NCBI GenBank assembly: GCA_964016885.1
Contig: OZ024740.1
Span: forward strand, 64,046,001-64,110,000
Length of the DNA: 64,000 nt
Source: Eledone cirrhosa
Taxonomy: Eukaryota
Direction of reading: 5' to 3'
Below, piece after piece: positions 27,633-40,286 of the stretch. The first letter of the stretch is position 1. Each line of letters opens with the position of its first letter. Position numbers and translations under genes: made by a program. The notes beneath the pieces are model-generated. The model had not been told where the DNA came from, made no database searches, and worked only from the letters and a program-made list of their open reading frames with translations.

Positions 27633-30600
27633 TTCCAATTCAATGATGTTCCAGAACAATATAAAAGAGATAATTGGCAATTTAGGTTCTGGAACAAAAA
27701 AGATCATTGGCAATAAGGGCAGGGGCCCCAGGTTATCACAGCCTGGGCCCGCTCGTCATCGTGCCATTGTAATAGAGCCAAACAAGGCATTTAGTCTTGG
27801 CTGCTGGAACGTACGGACGCTGCTTGACAGGGATTCATTGGGGCGTTTTGAACGAAGGACCGCTCTTGTTGCAAAGGAGCTTCGACGTTACGATTTGACA
27901 TCGTGGCTTTATCTGAGACGAGGCTAGCTGGAGATGGTCATCTTACCTTGTCCAGCGGAATTTTGTGGAGAATATACATTCTTGTGGAAAGGAAGAGATG
28001 AAGGAACCAGAAGAGAGGCTGGGGTAGGATTTGCTGTTAAGACTGTGCTTGTGAACAAATTAGAGGAATTCCCAGTAGGGATTAGTGAGCGTCTTATGTC
28101 CATGAGAGTTCCGCTGGACAAGGTAAGATATGCTACCCTGGTGAGTGTGTATGCTCTAACTATGAGTTCTGTCGATGAGGAAAAGGTGTCCTTTTACCAT
28201 GCCTTGAAAGGTGTTTTAAGAAATATCCCTTAGGCAGACAAAGTCATCGTGCTTGGTGACTTTAATGCTAGAGTGGGTAGGGATTTTAACACATGGAATC
28301 TAATCGGAAGGCATAGGGTGGGAAAGTGTAACAGCAATGGTATGCTCCTGCTGCAGATGTGTGAGGAGCTGGATCTGTGTGTTACCAACACCATGTTCCA
28401 ACAAAAGAACAAATTCAAGACCATATGGATGCATCCTGCATCTAAGGAATGGCATCTTTTGGACTACGTCCTAGTCAGGATGCGTGACAGACAGGATGTG
28501 CAGTGTGTTCGTGTTCTTCGTGGAGCTGAGTGCTGGACGGACCACCGCCTGGTACGCACAAAATCCGGGCTCCTGGTGTTGCCCTGCCCAAAAGATTGAA
28601 TGCTGCTCGTCTTAAGGATAAAAATGTGAAGAGGACATTGGAAGAAAAGATGCAGGTGCAGATCTTGGTGAGGATTGGCCGACCCTTAAAAAGTCGGTTT
28701 ATGATGTAGGCAGGCGTGTTCTGGGATTGGCGCAGAGGAAACATCAGGACTGGTTTGATAAGAATGATGTACATATAGAAGACTTGTTGGCTGATAAGAG
28801 GCATGCTCTGTCACGCTACTTGACGGCAAAACCACAGCTGAGGAATACGTTGCATGAGGAACTCAGGGATGTGAAATCACGTGTTAGGCGGAGTCTTTCT
28901 CAGATGAAGGATCAGTGGTGGAGTGAGAAGGCTGGTGAGATACAAACTGCGTCTGATTCCAATAACACAAAGCTGTTGTACAGTCTCTTGCGTGAGGTTT
29001 ATGGACCGTCTTCTTCTATGGTGACACCGCTTCGCAGCAAGGATAGCAAAGAACTTCTTCGTGACTCACAAGGAATTCTACGAAGGTGGCGAGAGCACTT
29101 TGATGATCTTTTGAATCAGCCGTCTGTCGTCAGTGAAGATTTCCTCAATCTCATTCCAGAAAGTCCTGTGAAAGTAGCTCTCGCAGAACCTCCGACGCTT
29201 GTGGAGGTTGCAGTGGCTATTTCGAAGCTGAACAGTGGAAGATCTCCAGGTATGGATGGCATACATGCTGAGCTCCTACAATATGGGGGTGAGAGACTCC
29301 TGCAACATCTTCACTCTTTGTTTGGCAGGATATGGGCTAATGAATCCGTACCTGAGGACTGGAGAGATGCAGTAATGGTGGTCTTGTACAAGGGAAAGGG
29401 TAACAGGAACGATTGTAGGAACTACAGAGGTATATCATTGCTTTCTGTCGTAGGGAAAGTTTTATGTAGGGTGCTTCTGGACCGTCTGCTGACACACATT
29501 GCAGATTGTGTTCATCCTGAAAGTCAATCTGGTTTTCGTGCTGGACGCAGCACTACTGATATGATCTTCTCAGCTAGACAGCTCCAGGAGAAGTGCATTG
29601 AACAAGGCTTGGATCTGTATCAGGTTTTTGTCGATCTGACAAAAGCTTTCGATACTGTTAACAGAGATGCATTATGGAAGGTTTTCCAGAAACTTGGTTT
29701 CCCTGATAAGTTCCTTGCTTTAGTTAGGTCTTTCCATGACGACATGAGGGCTTGGGTTAATGTCGGGGGATACATGTCGGAGCCTATCTCAGTAAAAAAA
29801 TGGAGTGAAACAGGGGGATATTCCAGCACCGACCCTGTTTGCCATATACTTTGCAATGGTTTTCTGTATTGCATTCAGGAATTGCGAGCATGGTATTTAC
29901 ATCCGATATCGAACCTCAGGCAGTATATTTAACATCAGGCGCTTTGCTGCGAAGACAAAAGTATTTACATCAATCATAAGAGACCTCTTGTATGCAGATG
30001 ATTGCGATCTTGTAGCGCACACAGAGAGTGATATGCAGCACATTTTGAATGCATTTTCTGATGCTTGCACTGCCCTAGGTCTGACTGTCAGTCTCAAGAA
30101 AACCATCGTCATGTATCAACCTGCCCCTGGTAAGCATTACACTGAACCAAACATCTATGTGTATGGCAAACGACTTGGAGTGGTTGATCAGTTTGTCTAC
30201 CTGGGAAGCACTGTCAATCGATACAGCAACCTTGACAGTCAAATCTCACTTAGGATTAGGAAAGCAAGTGATGCTTTCGGAAAGCTAGAAAGGCGACTCT
30301 GGGGTCGGCGAGACATATGCAGGAGGACAAAGGTAAAAGTGCACAGGGCATGTGTGCTCTCTTGTCTTCTTTATGCCTGCGAGACCTGGGTCACATATCG
30401 ACACCACCTTAAGCAATTGGAACGTTTCCATCAGATGTGTCTCAGACGGATCCATGGCTTTCACTGGAGGGACCACATCAGTGATGTCGAGATTTTGGAA
30501 AGCTCTATGTGTGACAGTATAGAAGCTCTTGTGCTTAAGCAACGACTCCGTTGGAGTGGTCACCTTGCCAGGATGAAGGATTCTAGAATACCAAAACAAC

Positions 30601-31170
30601 TCTTCTATGGAGAGTTGGTTAAAGGAAAACGACCGCCACATAAACCAAAAAAGAGGTATAAGGATTCCTTGAAAGCCTCTCTGAAAGACGCTAACATCTC
30701 TGCTGATACATGGGAAAATATTGCTGCTGATCGTAATAAATGGAGAAAGACTATATGAGGGAAAAGTTGCCTTTGAGGCATCTCGAATCGCATACGAGAA
30801 AGTAAAGCGGGATGTGAGGAAGGGCATTGCTGTTGCACTTCCAGACGGCGAGGGTCCTCCTATGGTGCTGACATGCAGCGTATGTGCGAGACTCTGCCTA
30901 AGCAAAGCTGGACTCGAAAGTCATCTTCGCAGTCATAAAGTAAGACCAGTGGTTGACTACCAGGCTGCTGTTAGAGATGCTACTCATCATGCTTGCCAAA
31001 CATGTGGTAGAGAATGTAAATCAGCAGGAGGGCTCAAGCGACATGCAAAAGTACACGAACTCCAACCACAGCCGACTATTCCCAGTGAATGTTTTGGTTG
31101 CTGACTCTGTGCAAGACATTTTAGATCATTGGCTGGGCTAAAAAGCCACAATTCGATCGCAGCGCTGTTA
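27633..31170 (+). mobile_element. RTE-clade LINE (APE + RT + C-terminal C2H2 fingers), disrupted
   Basis: GCWNVRTL, GVGFAV, LGDFNARVG, LDYVLV, TDHRLV (APE); SPGMDG, YRGISLL, QSGFRAGRST, FVDLTKAFD, VKQG, LLYADD, LRWSGH (RT); CSVC..H, CQTC..H; several frameshifts. Confidence 0.92.
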
Positions 31171-31351
31171 GTTGCTATCGTGTGTGTGTGTGTGTGTAGA
31201 TATGCTTATGTGTGTGCGTGTGTGTGTATATATATATATGTATATGTATATTATTATTGTTGTTATTGTTATTATTATTATTATTGTTATTAATGTGTGT
31301 GTGTGTATATGTGTGTGTGAGTGTGTGTGTGTGTGTGTGTATATGTGCATG

Positions 31352-31396
<45 letters not shown>

Positions 31397-31410
31397 ATTT
31401 TTATTTTCTT

Positions 31411-31459
<49 letters not shown>

Positions 31460-31460
31460 G

Positions 31461-34400
31461 TTATTCCTTGAATCTCAGTCATTGATGTTGGTTAACTGGA
31501 AAGTCCGTTGGAATGAATATCAAGCCACTACCTGCAGCCTCAGATATTCAGGACGTATCGGAGGGTTCTTGCTGTTCCCAGCAAGCATGCCTTTTGAAGC
31601 ATTCCAAAAAGCGTGAAGGGGCCGATTTTCTTTAACCATGTGTATGGAAACTTTTGGAGATAGTCCCCAGTGCGCCTATGACAATCGGGATCACTTTGAC
31701 TTCATGGCAGTTCCAAATCCTTTTCACCTCCCACTTTAGGTCCTGGTATCGGTTAATTTTCTCTCTCTCCTTCTCTTGCACTCTCGTGTCGAAAGGGCAG
31801 GCCACATCCACAATCAGACACGATCTTTTTTCTTTGTCCACAACCACCAGGTCAGGTCTATTGTGTTCCAGTTTTTTGTCCGTCTGTATCCTAAAATCCC
31901 ACAGCACCTTCACCTGATTGTTCTCCATCACCGCCTCTGGCCTATGCTCATACCATTTCTCAGAATGTGGTAAATTGTTTACTTTGCACAGGTGCCAGTG
32001 GATCACCCTGCCCATCACATCGTGTCTCCAGCCCTTATAGTGGGTCTGGGCTAGGTGTTTACACTCGGACACAATGTGAGCCACAGTCTCCTCTCTCTCT
32101 CCACAGATCCTGCACAGTGGGCTAGCCTCCTCCTTGTAAATATGGTGCTTCAACCACTTCGTTTTGAGGGCCTGCTCCTGCGCAGCCATTAGCATTCCTT
32201 CTGTAGCCTTTTTGAGGTCTCCTCTTCTCAACCAGTTCCATGTCTGTGGATCTCTAAATTCAGTTTTCTCAAAGAAGGTACTATGAAGGGATTTTCCCTT
32301 AAGGCTGCTCTTCCTCCTTGATGTTATTTCCTCCTTGGACATCCCCTGGCCTACTGTCCCCTCCTTCAGTACAGTTCTGAGCATTGGCTCCTTACTATAG
32401 GTCACGTATTTGTATAGGATGTTTTTCTCCATCTGAACACAGTCCTCTATGCTGATAAGACCTCTTCCACCCTCAGATCTCCTTAGGTAGAGTCTATCGA
32501 CATCACTCCTCTTGTGGAACATGTTGTAGATAGTCAATAGCTTCCTAGTCTTCCTATCCATTTCTTTTTGTTCAGCAACATTCCATCTCAGAATTCCCGC
32601 ACTGTACCTAATAATAGACACAGCTCGGGAATTTACTGCGCTTATGGCATTTCTGCTGTTCAGATGTGACTTCAATACGCTCCTTACTCTCCGAATGTAT
32701 TCAGTTCTTAACAATTCCTTCATTTTTTTGTTCTTTATGCCATCAGCCTCCAGAACGCCCAAATACTTGTATCCTTCCTCAGAGTCAATTTCCTTTATCA
32801 TCTCACCTGTTGGTATCTGGATCCCGTTACTTCTGCTCAACCTACCCCTCCTCATCACAATGACTCCACATTTACTAATACCAAACTGCATACATATATC
32901 ACTGCTGAAAATACGGACAGTGTCAACAAGCACATCCAACTCCTTCTCACTTTTCCCGAAGAGCTTAAGATCGTCCATGAAGAGGAGGTGATTGATGGTA
33001 AGCTCTCCCCTTCCCAACTTGTATCCTGCTCTCACTTTTCGCAGCATAATGGTCAAGGGCATCAGGGCAAGGACAAACAACAGAGGGGACAGGTTATCTC
33101 CCTGGAAGATACCTCTCTTGATCTTCACGCTTCCGAAGGATACTCCAGTTGATGTCAACTCTGTCTCCCAGGACCCCATACTCCTGCCCAGCAACTGTCT
33201 GATGTTATCTGCCACCCTGAAGATCTCCAGGCTTTTGGTGATCCAAGAATGAGGCACCATGTCAAATGCCTTTCTGTAGTCTATCCATCCCATGGCAAGA
33301 TCAGTGTGTCTCCTCCTGCAATTCCCCATTACCATCTTATCAATAAGTAACTGGTCCTTTGTACCACGTGACTTCTTTCGGCATCCTTTCTGTTCGTCCG
33401 GTAACAAGTTGTTTGTGTGGAGGTGATGGTAGATTTCCTCAGACACAATGCTCGTCAACAGTTTCCACATTACGGACAGACATGTGATAGGTCTATAGTT
33501 GGTAACATCATTACCCTTGATTCGGTCTTTCATTATCAGAACTGTGGTACCTTTTGTCAACCACTCTGGCACCTCACCCGACACCAAGCAGTCATTGAAC
33601 ATGGCCGTCAGCTTCGGGTGGAGGGATGTTAAATTTTTAATCCAATACCCCTGCACACCATCTGGGCCTGGTGATTTCCAGTTGGTTAGTTTTTTGGCCT
33701 GCCCCTTAAGAGTTTCAACTGTGATACTCAAATCAGTTTGTTGTTGTGCCTGCTCACCGATCTCCCTCTGTACTGTCTCAATCCACCCTGCCTGGACATT
33801 ATGTCTAACATCCTGCTCCCATATTCCTCTCCAGAATGTTTTAGTTTGCTCCGCCCCAGGGATCAAGTCGTTGCCTCTTTCTTTCCCCTCAAGCTGTCCA
33901 AACAGCATCTTCTGGTTGTTGTCGAACATGCGGTTCTGTTTATACTGACTGACTCTGTTCTCGTATCGCCTGATTTTTGCACTCTTTGCTATAATGCGTT
34001 GCTTCAGTTCCTCTATGATAATATTTAGCTTTTTCCTCCTAGTTTTGTACTTTATTTCCAGTCTATTTTTAGTGCCTATGTTTTTTAGTGTCCCATTCAG
34101 TAGTGACTCAAGCTTTCCTATGTCATTTCTCATTTCCCCGATTTGACCACTCAGTCGTTTCTTCCACCACGGCTCTGCTCTTTCTTGTCTGTTGTTTCCT
34201 CTCGCTTTTATACCAAGTAGTTTCCTCACCGTATTTGCTGTTGCTTTGAGGATATTGTTGCACTGGTGAAGGCTCCTCGCCTCAAGGTATGGGATGACTT
34301 TGTTTACCTTAGCTGTTGTTTCTTTTAACTTTTTCCTGTCTACAAATCTTAGGTTCATAGGTCTCCCACTATCATTGTTCAACTCATCTACCACTAAATT

Positions 34401-35947
34401 CAGGATGTCAACCGAATCTTGTCCTAGCCCGTCAGCATTCATCTCCTCAGTGGCCGTATCTCTGTTCCAGGTATTATTTATCTCAGTATTCAGATCATTG
34501 TCTGCTTCGGGTGGTTCCTCCGTTCTCAGGACCTCTTCACCTTCATTTCCCACTGGCTCGCTTGTCTGGCATACTACACCCGCCATCTCCAAGCCATTCT
34601 CTCTGCTCAGTTCCTCCAGTTCCAGCTCGCTTATCCACCCATTAGTTCTTATTACCCGAGCCTGCCCGGCCAATTTTTGTTCATCTAATTTAAATAGACC
34701 AATCTCGTTCCAGATGTTATGCATCCGTCTCCTGTAGCCCCTCTCCTTGGGGTTACTTTTCAGGTAACATTGCATAACAGTTCTATTCAATTCTTTCGTC
34801 CAGTTGGTTCTGGCCCCTTTCCTTCTTCTTCTTCCTCCTCCAACATTAGCAGTATTTGGTTGACAGTCAGGTTCCTGCTGCTGAGCCAGGGGGCACCTGT
34901 TGGGTGAGAGTCTGTCACATGACGTTCTAGTCTCCATTTCACCGTTATTCGAACTGTTTATGTTCGATATTTAAACACTCTTATCGAGGATTGGCGAATG
35001 TATGGTTACATAGCCATCTGTGGATTCGCCGTTCCACTTGGCCCTTGTGTGGCATTATCACCACGCTGTATACGAACACACATAAACAAACAAACACACA
35101 GGCAGAAAGGGCCCCAAAAATGAATAAGCATAAGTTTCATTGTAATGTAGTGTTCGAATGTCTGACTTAGTTTTTGTTTTTTTAGTTTTAGCCCCCCCCT
35201 CCCCCTCTTCTCTGTCCGTCCGCCTGCTTCTCTCTTCATTCTTATTTTCTTTACGTTTTTTGTTTTTTTTTGTTTTTGTTTTTCTCTGTTTGTTTTTCTC
35301 GTTTTTTGCTGTTGTTGCTGTGCTGCTTTGGTTTTGTTGTTTGTTTTTTCTTTTTTCTTTTGAGTCTATCTATATATTTTGATGCCTTCCTCTTTTTTAG
35401 TAGTAGGAATTCTATAATGTGGTGGCAGCAGCCAGCCGGCAGAGTGGAAGACTGGCGGCGGTAGCGATACTGAGACAGTGGTGGTGGTGATGTCGATACC
35501 GAGGCAGTGGTGGTCAGTGAAGGAGTGAAGAGTGGTGGCGGCGGTGATGGGATAGTGGTGGTAATGATGGCAGTAGTGAGCGGTGGTGGTGAAATTGCCG
35601 TTATCTGGCTGTTGTGTTTAGTGTACACAGGTGATGAGGTGGGTGGTGTATCTAGTTTCTGGTGTTGGTGAGTTTGGCTGTTCTATATAGTGTATCTAGT
35701 TTCTGGTGTTGGTGAGTTTGGCTGTTCTATATAGTGTAGACAGAGGAGAGGAGGGGGGGGGGGTTCTTCTTCCATTTATAGCCATTTTCTTTTTTGGATA
35801 TACAGTGTACAATACAAAGTTGAATATTTGAATATTTGAGCCTTATAACAATATATTTTGGGTCCGAATTTTGTGGGGCTCAAGCCGGGTGCTTTACGTA
35901 GCATTTGTACTAAGAGTTGTTATTTCACAAATGATTTAAATATGTTA
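31461..35947 (-). mobile_element. Dong/R4-clade LINE copy B in TAA repeats
   Basis: Highly similar to copy A; (TTA)n at 31416-31460 and 35953-36061; the 5' end is ~60 bp shorter than copy A. Confidence 0.93.
31632..34937 (-). CDS. R4/Dong RT-RLE polyprotein, 1101 aa, frameshifted ~35 aa before the normal end
   Basis: Continuous ORF with all RT, CCHC and RLE motifs; ends SFHTHG* versus GFQGWLKK...YVLNI* in copy A. Confidence 0.88.
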   Translation of the reverse strand: METRTSCDRLSPNRCPLAQQQEPDCQPNTANVGGGRRRRKGARTNWTKELNRTVMQCYLKSNPKERGYRRRMHNIWNEIGLFKLDEQKLAGQARVIRTNGWISELELEELSRENGLEMAGVVCQTSEPVGNEGEEVLRTEEPPEADNDLNTEINNTWNRDTATEEMNADGLGQDSVDILNLVVDELNNDSGRPMNLRFVDRKKLKETTAKVNKVIPYLEARSLHQCNNILKATANTVRKLLGIKARGNNRQERAEPWWKKRLSGQIGEMRNDIGKLESLLNGTLKNIGTKNRLEIKYKTRRKKLNIIIEELKQRIIAKSAKIRRYENRVSQYKQNRMFDNNQKMLFGQLEGKERGNDLIPGAEQTKTFWRGIWEQDVRHNVQAGWIETVQREIGEQAQQQTDLSITVETLKGQAKKLTNWKSPGPDGVQGYWIKNLTSLHPKLTAMFNDCLVSGEVPEWLTKGTTVLIMKDRIKGNDVTNYRPITCLSVMWKLLTSIVSEEIYHHLHTNNLLPDEQKGCRKKSRGTKDQLLIDKMVMGNCRRRHTDLAMGWIDYRKAFDMVPHSWITKSLEIFRVADNIRQLLGRSMGSWETELTSTGVSFGSVKIKRGIFQGDNLSPLLFVLALMPLTIMLRKVRAGYKLGRGELTINHLLFMDDLKLFGKSEKELDVLVDTVRIFSSDICMQFGISKCGVIVMRRGRLSRSNGIQIPTGEMIKEIDSEEGYKYLGVLEADGIKNKKMKELLRTEYIRRVRSVLKSHLNSRNAISAVNSRAVSIIRYSAGILRWNVAEQKEMDRKTRKLLTIYNMFHKRSDVDRLYLRRSEGGRGLISIEDCVQMEKNILYKYVTYSKEPMLRTVLKEGTVGQGMSKEEITSRRKSSLKGKSLHSTFFEKTEFRDPQTWNWLRRGDLKKATEGMLMAAQEQALKTKWLKHHIYKEEASPLCRICGEREETVAHIVSECKHLAQTHYKGWRHDVMGRVIHWHLCKVNNLPHSEKWYEHRPEAVMENNQVKVLWDFRIQTDKKLEHNRPDLVVVDKEKRSCLIVDVACPFDTRVQEKEREKINRYQDLKWEVKRIWNCHEVKVIPIVIGALGTISKSFHTHG

Positions 35948-35950
35948 ATA

Positions 35951-36062
<112 letters not shown>

Positions 36063-36077
36063 TTTTTTTTTTTCTTT

Positions 36078-36205
36078 CTCCTCGTGCAATGGCCATACTC
36101 GATAACGAGGGGACAGCCATCATGTATGTATGTATGTATGTATGTATGTATGTATGTATGTATGTATGTATGTATGTATGTATGTATGTATGTGTGTATG
36201 TATGT
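36078..36205 (+). mobile_element. RTE-type 3' terminus plus (TATG)n tail
   Basis: ggccatactcgataacgaggggacagccatc followed by (ATGT)n. Confidence 0.6.
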
Positions 36206-36263
36206 ATGTGTGTATATTAGTGTGTGCATGCATATTTTTCTGGTTTTATTATTTCATAAATTT

Positions 36264-36437
36264 TCGGTAGAAGGTCGGACGCCATGCTTTGACGCATAGA
36301 GTTACGGCCCTTGCCATTCTGAGTTCAAATCCCGCCGAGGTTAACTTTGCCTTTCATCCTTACGGGGTCGATAAAATAAAGTATCAGTAATGTACTGGGT
36401 AATTGCTGGCCTTGTGCCAAAAGTAGAAACAATTATA
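36264..36437 (+). mobile_element. tRNA-derived SINE
   Basis: B-box gagttcaaatcc, conserved central ctttgcctttcatccttacggggtcgataaaataaagta, 3' end gtagaaacaattat. Confidence 0.9.
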
Positions 36438-36439
36438 TA

Positions 36440-36830
36440 TTATTTTTGCATCAGAGAGGGTTTAATGGCAGTTGGGTAGGTTTTATGGTTTTCAGTAACG
36501 ATCTCTAAAACAAATTGTTTCTCAGTTTCATCTTTTGTGAGAATGTAATTGTAATCCTGAATGACAGCTCTTTCTGCAACAACATTCACAATAACTGTAT
36601 TCTCAAGTTTTTCAAGTCCACGTTTGTAACCAGGATCATCTTTCCATGCTGAAGCATCTTTGTCGAGGAAATCGGTGCTGATAGAAAATCTCATGAAGAA
36701 AGTTTTTGTACCAGGAGTTACAAGATACGAAAACTCGATGTTTGTAATGGAAGAGAGGTCATCTTGGTGCAGAATGTTGATTTTTTCACCTTTGTCTGCT
36801 TCCAGCATAAGTTGAGCAATATTTACCTTA
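36440..36830 (-). pseudogene. C-terminal fragment of a DNA transposase (hAT-like)
   Basis: FL...W..DPGY..G...L....VNVVAERAVIQDYNYILTKDETEKQFVLEIV resembles the VVNDxAERgvklxqDYN..TKDE.QkQ motif I recall from invertebrate hAT-related transposases. Confidence 0.55.
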
Positions 36831-37575
36831 ACCTCTCCTTGTTCTCTTTGCTCTCTTTTTCTCATTGCTCTCATTTTCTCATTGCTCTCCTTTTATCCTT
36901 CCTTTCCTTTTCTCATTCCTCTCCTTGCTCTCCTTGTTCTCCCTGTTCTTCTTGTTCTCCCTTTCTCATTGCTCTCCTTGCTCTCATTGCTCTCTTTCTC
37001 TTCTTTTATCCCTCTCCCATTGCTCTCCTTGCTCTCTTTTTATCCTTGTCTCATTGCCCTCCTTTTCTCCTTGCTCTCCTTGCTCTCATTGTTCTCCTTG
37101 CTCTCCTTGCTCTCCTGCTCTCCTTTTCTCCATCCTCTCCTTGCTTTTCTTGTCTCCTTGCTATTCTTTTCTCCTTGCTCTTCTTTTCTCTTTGATCTCC
37201 TTTTCTCCTTTTTCTCCTTGTTCTCATTGCTCTCCCTGTTCTCCTTTTCTCATTGCCCTCATTGCTCTCCTTTTCTCCTTTCTCTCCTTTCTCTCCTTGC
37301 TCTCCTTTTATCCTTGTCTCATTGATTTCCTTCTCGCCTTCCTCTCATTGCTCTCCCTTTCTCCTTGTTCTCCTTGCTCTCCTTTTTTCCTTGCTCTCCT
37401 TTTCTCCTTGCTCTCCCTTTCTCTTTGTTATCCTTGTTCTCCTTTCTCTCCCTTTCTCATTGCTCTCATTGCTCTCTTTTTATCCTTGCCCTCCTTGCTC
37501 TCCTTTTCTCCTTGCTCTCCTTGCTCCCCTGCTCTCCCTTTCTCATTGCTCTCCTTGCTCTCCCTTTCTCCTTGT
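36830..37575. repeat. Degenerate 9-bp pyrimidine-rich minisatellite (ctccttgct/ctcattgct/ctccttttt)
   Basis: Direct reading over ~750 bp. Confidence 0.9.
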
Positions 37576-37829
37576 GTCTATGTACTCGTTTATATACAAA
37601 TACGCGCGCGTGTGCCCGTGTTTATGTTTATTTGTAGAAAGGAAAAATATCAACGAGTTTCAATTTTATGTAGATATGTATCTATATTAACATTATTATG
37701 ATTTTTGACGCATTCACTAGAATCGATCTAGATATGATGGAAACCTCCCTCTTTCTCTTTCACCAACCCTCTCTCCATGCATATGCACTATATATATATA
37801 AATATATATATATATATGTGTGTGTGTAT

Positions 37830-38096
37830 GTAGGTTGAGCACTCTTACAGAACAGAGTATGATAGAATAGAAAACGAAGAATCAGTGATGCATCTGAACT
37901 CAATTTATTGGTGTTACAATTGTTTCGCCAGCGGCCAGCTCGAGACGCGATCATTGTGTGGATCTGTCTGATTCTGGATCCGCATGTTCGACGGACACGT
38001 CTAATGATTTGGGAGCATATTCTCTCACTGGGAGAATATAATTGTAACACAATAAATTGAGTTCAGATGCATCATTGATTTTTCGTTTTCTATTCT
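37830..38096. mobile_element. Fold-back non-coding element, family B
   Basis: 37865-37921 is inverted at 38040-38096; the body matches the reverse complement of 44881-45020. Confidence 0.75.
37911..37998 (-). ncRNA. Hammerhead-like motif with variant core CCGUCGA (family B)
   Basis: GTGT-CCGTCGA-(extended stem II GCGG..CCAG/CTGG-CCGC)-GAAA-CAATTG-TA-ACAC. Confidence 0.4.
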
Positions 38097-38120
38097 CTCT
38101 CTCTCTCTCTATATATATAT

Positions 38121-38480
38121 ACGATATTAACAAATGGAAACTATATTTATAAAACCATATTTATTTCATTATACATATTTCAAAGACACCAAGTTAAATT
38201 ATGGTGTGCTTGCATCAGATAAAATATAATATAGAGCAGTTTTATAGATAATTATTGACATACCCTTAAAGAATGCAACCATTACTGTTGGAAGCTACCG
38301 GAGCCATAATTTAACTTGGTGACCTTGAAATATGTATAATGAAATAAATATGGCTTTATAAATATAGTTTCCATTTGTTAATATCGTATTTTTACTCCAT
38401 ATATTTGTTGAGTGCTTTATATCAGTTATAAAAATATTTGCTTGTTGTATCCTAACAATTTAAATAGAACTTTTAGATAT
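38121..38480. mobile_element. Fold-back non-coding element, family C
   Basis: 38121-38204 is inverted at 38294-38387; same family as 47832-48200; hammerhead at 38162-38226 (minus) with core CTGATGC (A9C). Confidence 0.8.
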
Positions 38481-39849
38481 ATATAAATATGTGCATTTTG
38501 TATATCTAATGATATACGGTATGTTTACGAATATATATTTATATATGATCTATTTTTAGAAGCCAATATAGAATACTCATTTGGATGGAAGAAATTAAAG
38601 ATAGCCGGTTCCTACACACCAGGAAGAAAAAATATAATTTGTTTCGCTGAATGTTTATATATCTTAAAATGAACATTCTCAACAGAAAATCGGAGGTTCT
38701 TTCTACCTGCCCACATAAAAGCTCTAAATCTTTCTATTATACTAAATAAAAAAACAAATAAAAACAAAAACAAAAACAAACTTATCTATCCAAACCTTTA
38801 CTAGTAAGTAATACATAAGAGAAATACACACTTCTATTGATATTTTAGGTAAACATGAGTGTAGACTTCAGAGTAAGTGTAGATTTCATGCATGTATGTA
38901 AATCTGTGCAGAAGTGCATATTTATGGTTTTTGCACATGTGTGTGTGTGTATGGGTTTAGATGAATTACATTACACTTTACTTATATGTATATATGTGTG
39001 TGTGTTTGAAGAGAGGAGAGAGAGGGAGAGAGATAGAGAAAGAGATAGAGAAAGAAAGAAAGAAAGAGAGAGAGAGAGGAGTGAGGTGGGGGATCAATCT
39101 TAGTACTTGACTGGTATTCTGTTTATTGACCCCAAAAGAATAACACGTTTGACTTCAATACGATTTAGTTTTAGTGCACAGGGAGTCGAAACAAATATTA
39201 CAAACTAACACCTTTAACTTCCATTTTACTGCAATATATGTTACATTCCATATCATAGCTTCTTTCCATCATCTGACCGTACATTACAGCCAATTTGAAA
39301 ATACTCAGATCTGTTTATTTACCCCAAATCTAAATATAATTTACTTGGTTTAGACATACTGAGACAAGACATAATTCTTCCATTAAATTTCTCAAGTAAC
39401 CCTTCGTTTTGTAATAACTGACATTCTACAACATTTACAATGTTGTTATTACGTTCCCATCTGCTGAAGTCTATTGTCAACAGACTAATGGAACCACGTT
39501 TCAGGAATATAATACCCGTTTATTGCACATAAATTAGCACATGAAAGATTCTTAAATGACGTTAATAACGTTGAATTGAGTAATTTTATGATTTTGTACC
39601 AATATTCCCCAAAATATTGCCATGATAAAATGCACCCTCTACACTCCGTATAATGTTTAGCGTTAAACAGGGTACATAGCGGTAAAACCATGCGAAAGTC
39701 TGGAACGTATGTAAGAGAGACGTACCACTGACTTGTCTAGGAGGGCAATGGCTCTGATTATACATTGACTTAATCTATAATAACCCGTCCAACACATACA
39801 TACAAGGAAAACCTGACGTAATATCTTCTTCTTCTTGAGAGGGTTAAAA

Positions 39850-40122
39850 AATTAAACGCAGCGATTCCCTAGAAGCTCCAAGCACTTGCTAATCGCAAGG
39901 GCAATTGTCTTTCATTACGACAATGCAAGACCATACACTTCTTTGCAGACGAGGCAGAAGTTACTGTGGCTAGGGTGGTAAATTTATACCGCAACCTCCG
40001 TATTAGCTCGACATTGCGTTTCAGTCTCTTAAAAATTAAATGAATAGAAATAAATAAACTTCATTTGGGTAATTGCATGAGAGTGTCTTGGCCGGCTCAT
40101 GAATGTTTCAGCCGACCCTCGT

Positions 40123-40123
<1 letters not shown>
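39850..40123 (+). mobile_element. mariner transposase relic with right TIR
   Basis: IVFHYDNARPYTS..TRQKL..LGW and PQPPY.LDIA (decayed HDNARPH / HPPYSPDIAP); ends ccgaccctcg-TA. Confidence 0.75.
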
Positions 40124-40192
<69 letters not shown>

Positions 40193-40286
40193 ACGAGGGT
40201 CGGCTGGAAAATTTACAATAATACTCTTAGCAGAGATTGTAGCCATTATATATATATGTATATATATATATAAGTATGTATACGTA

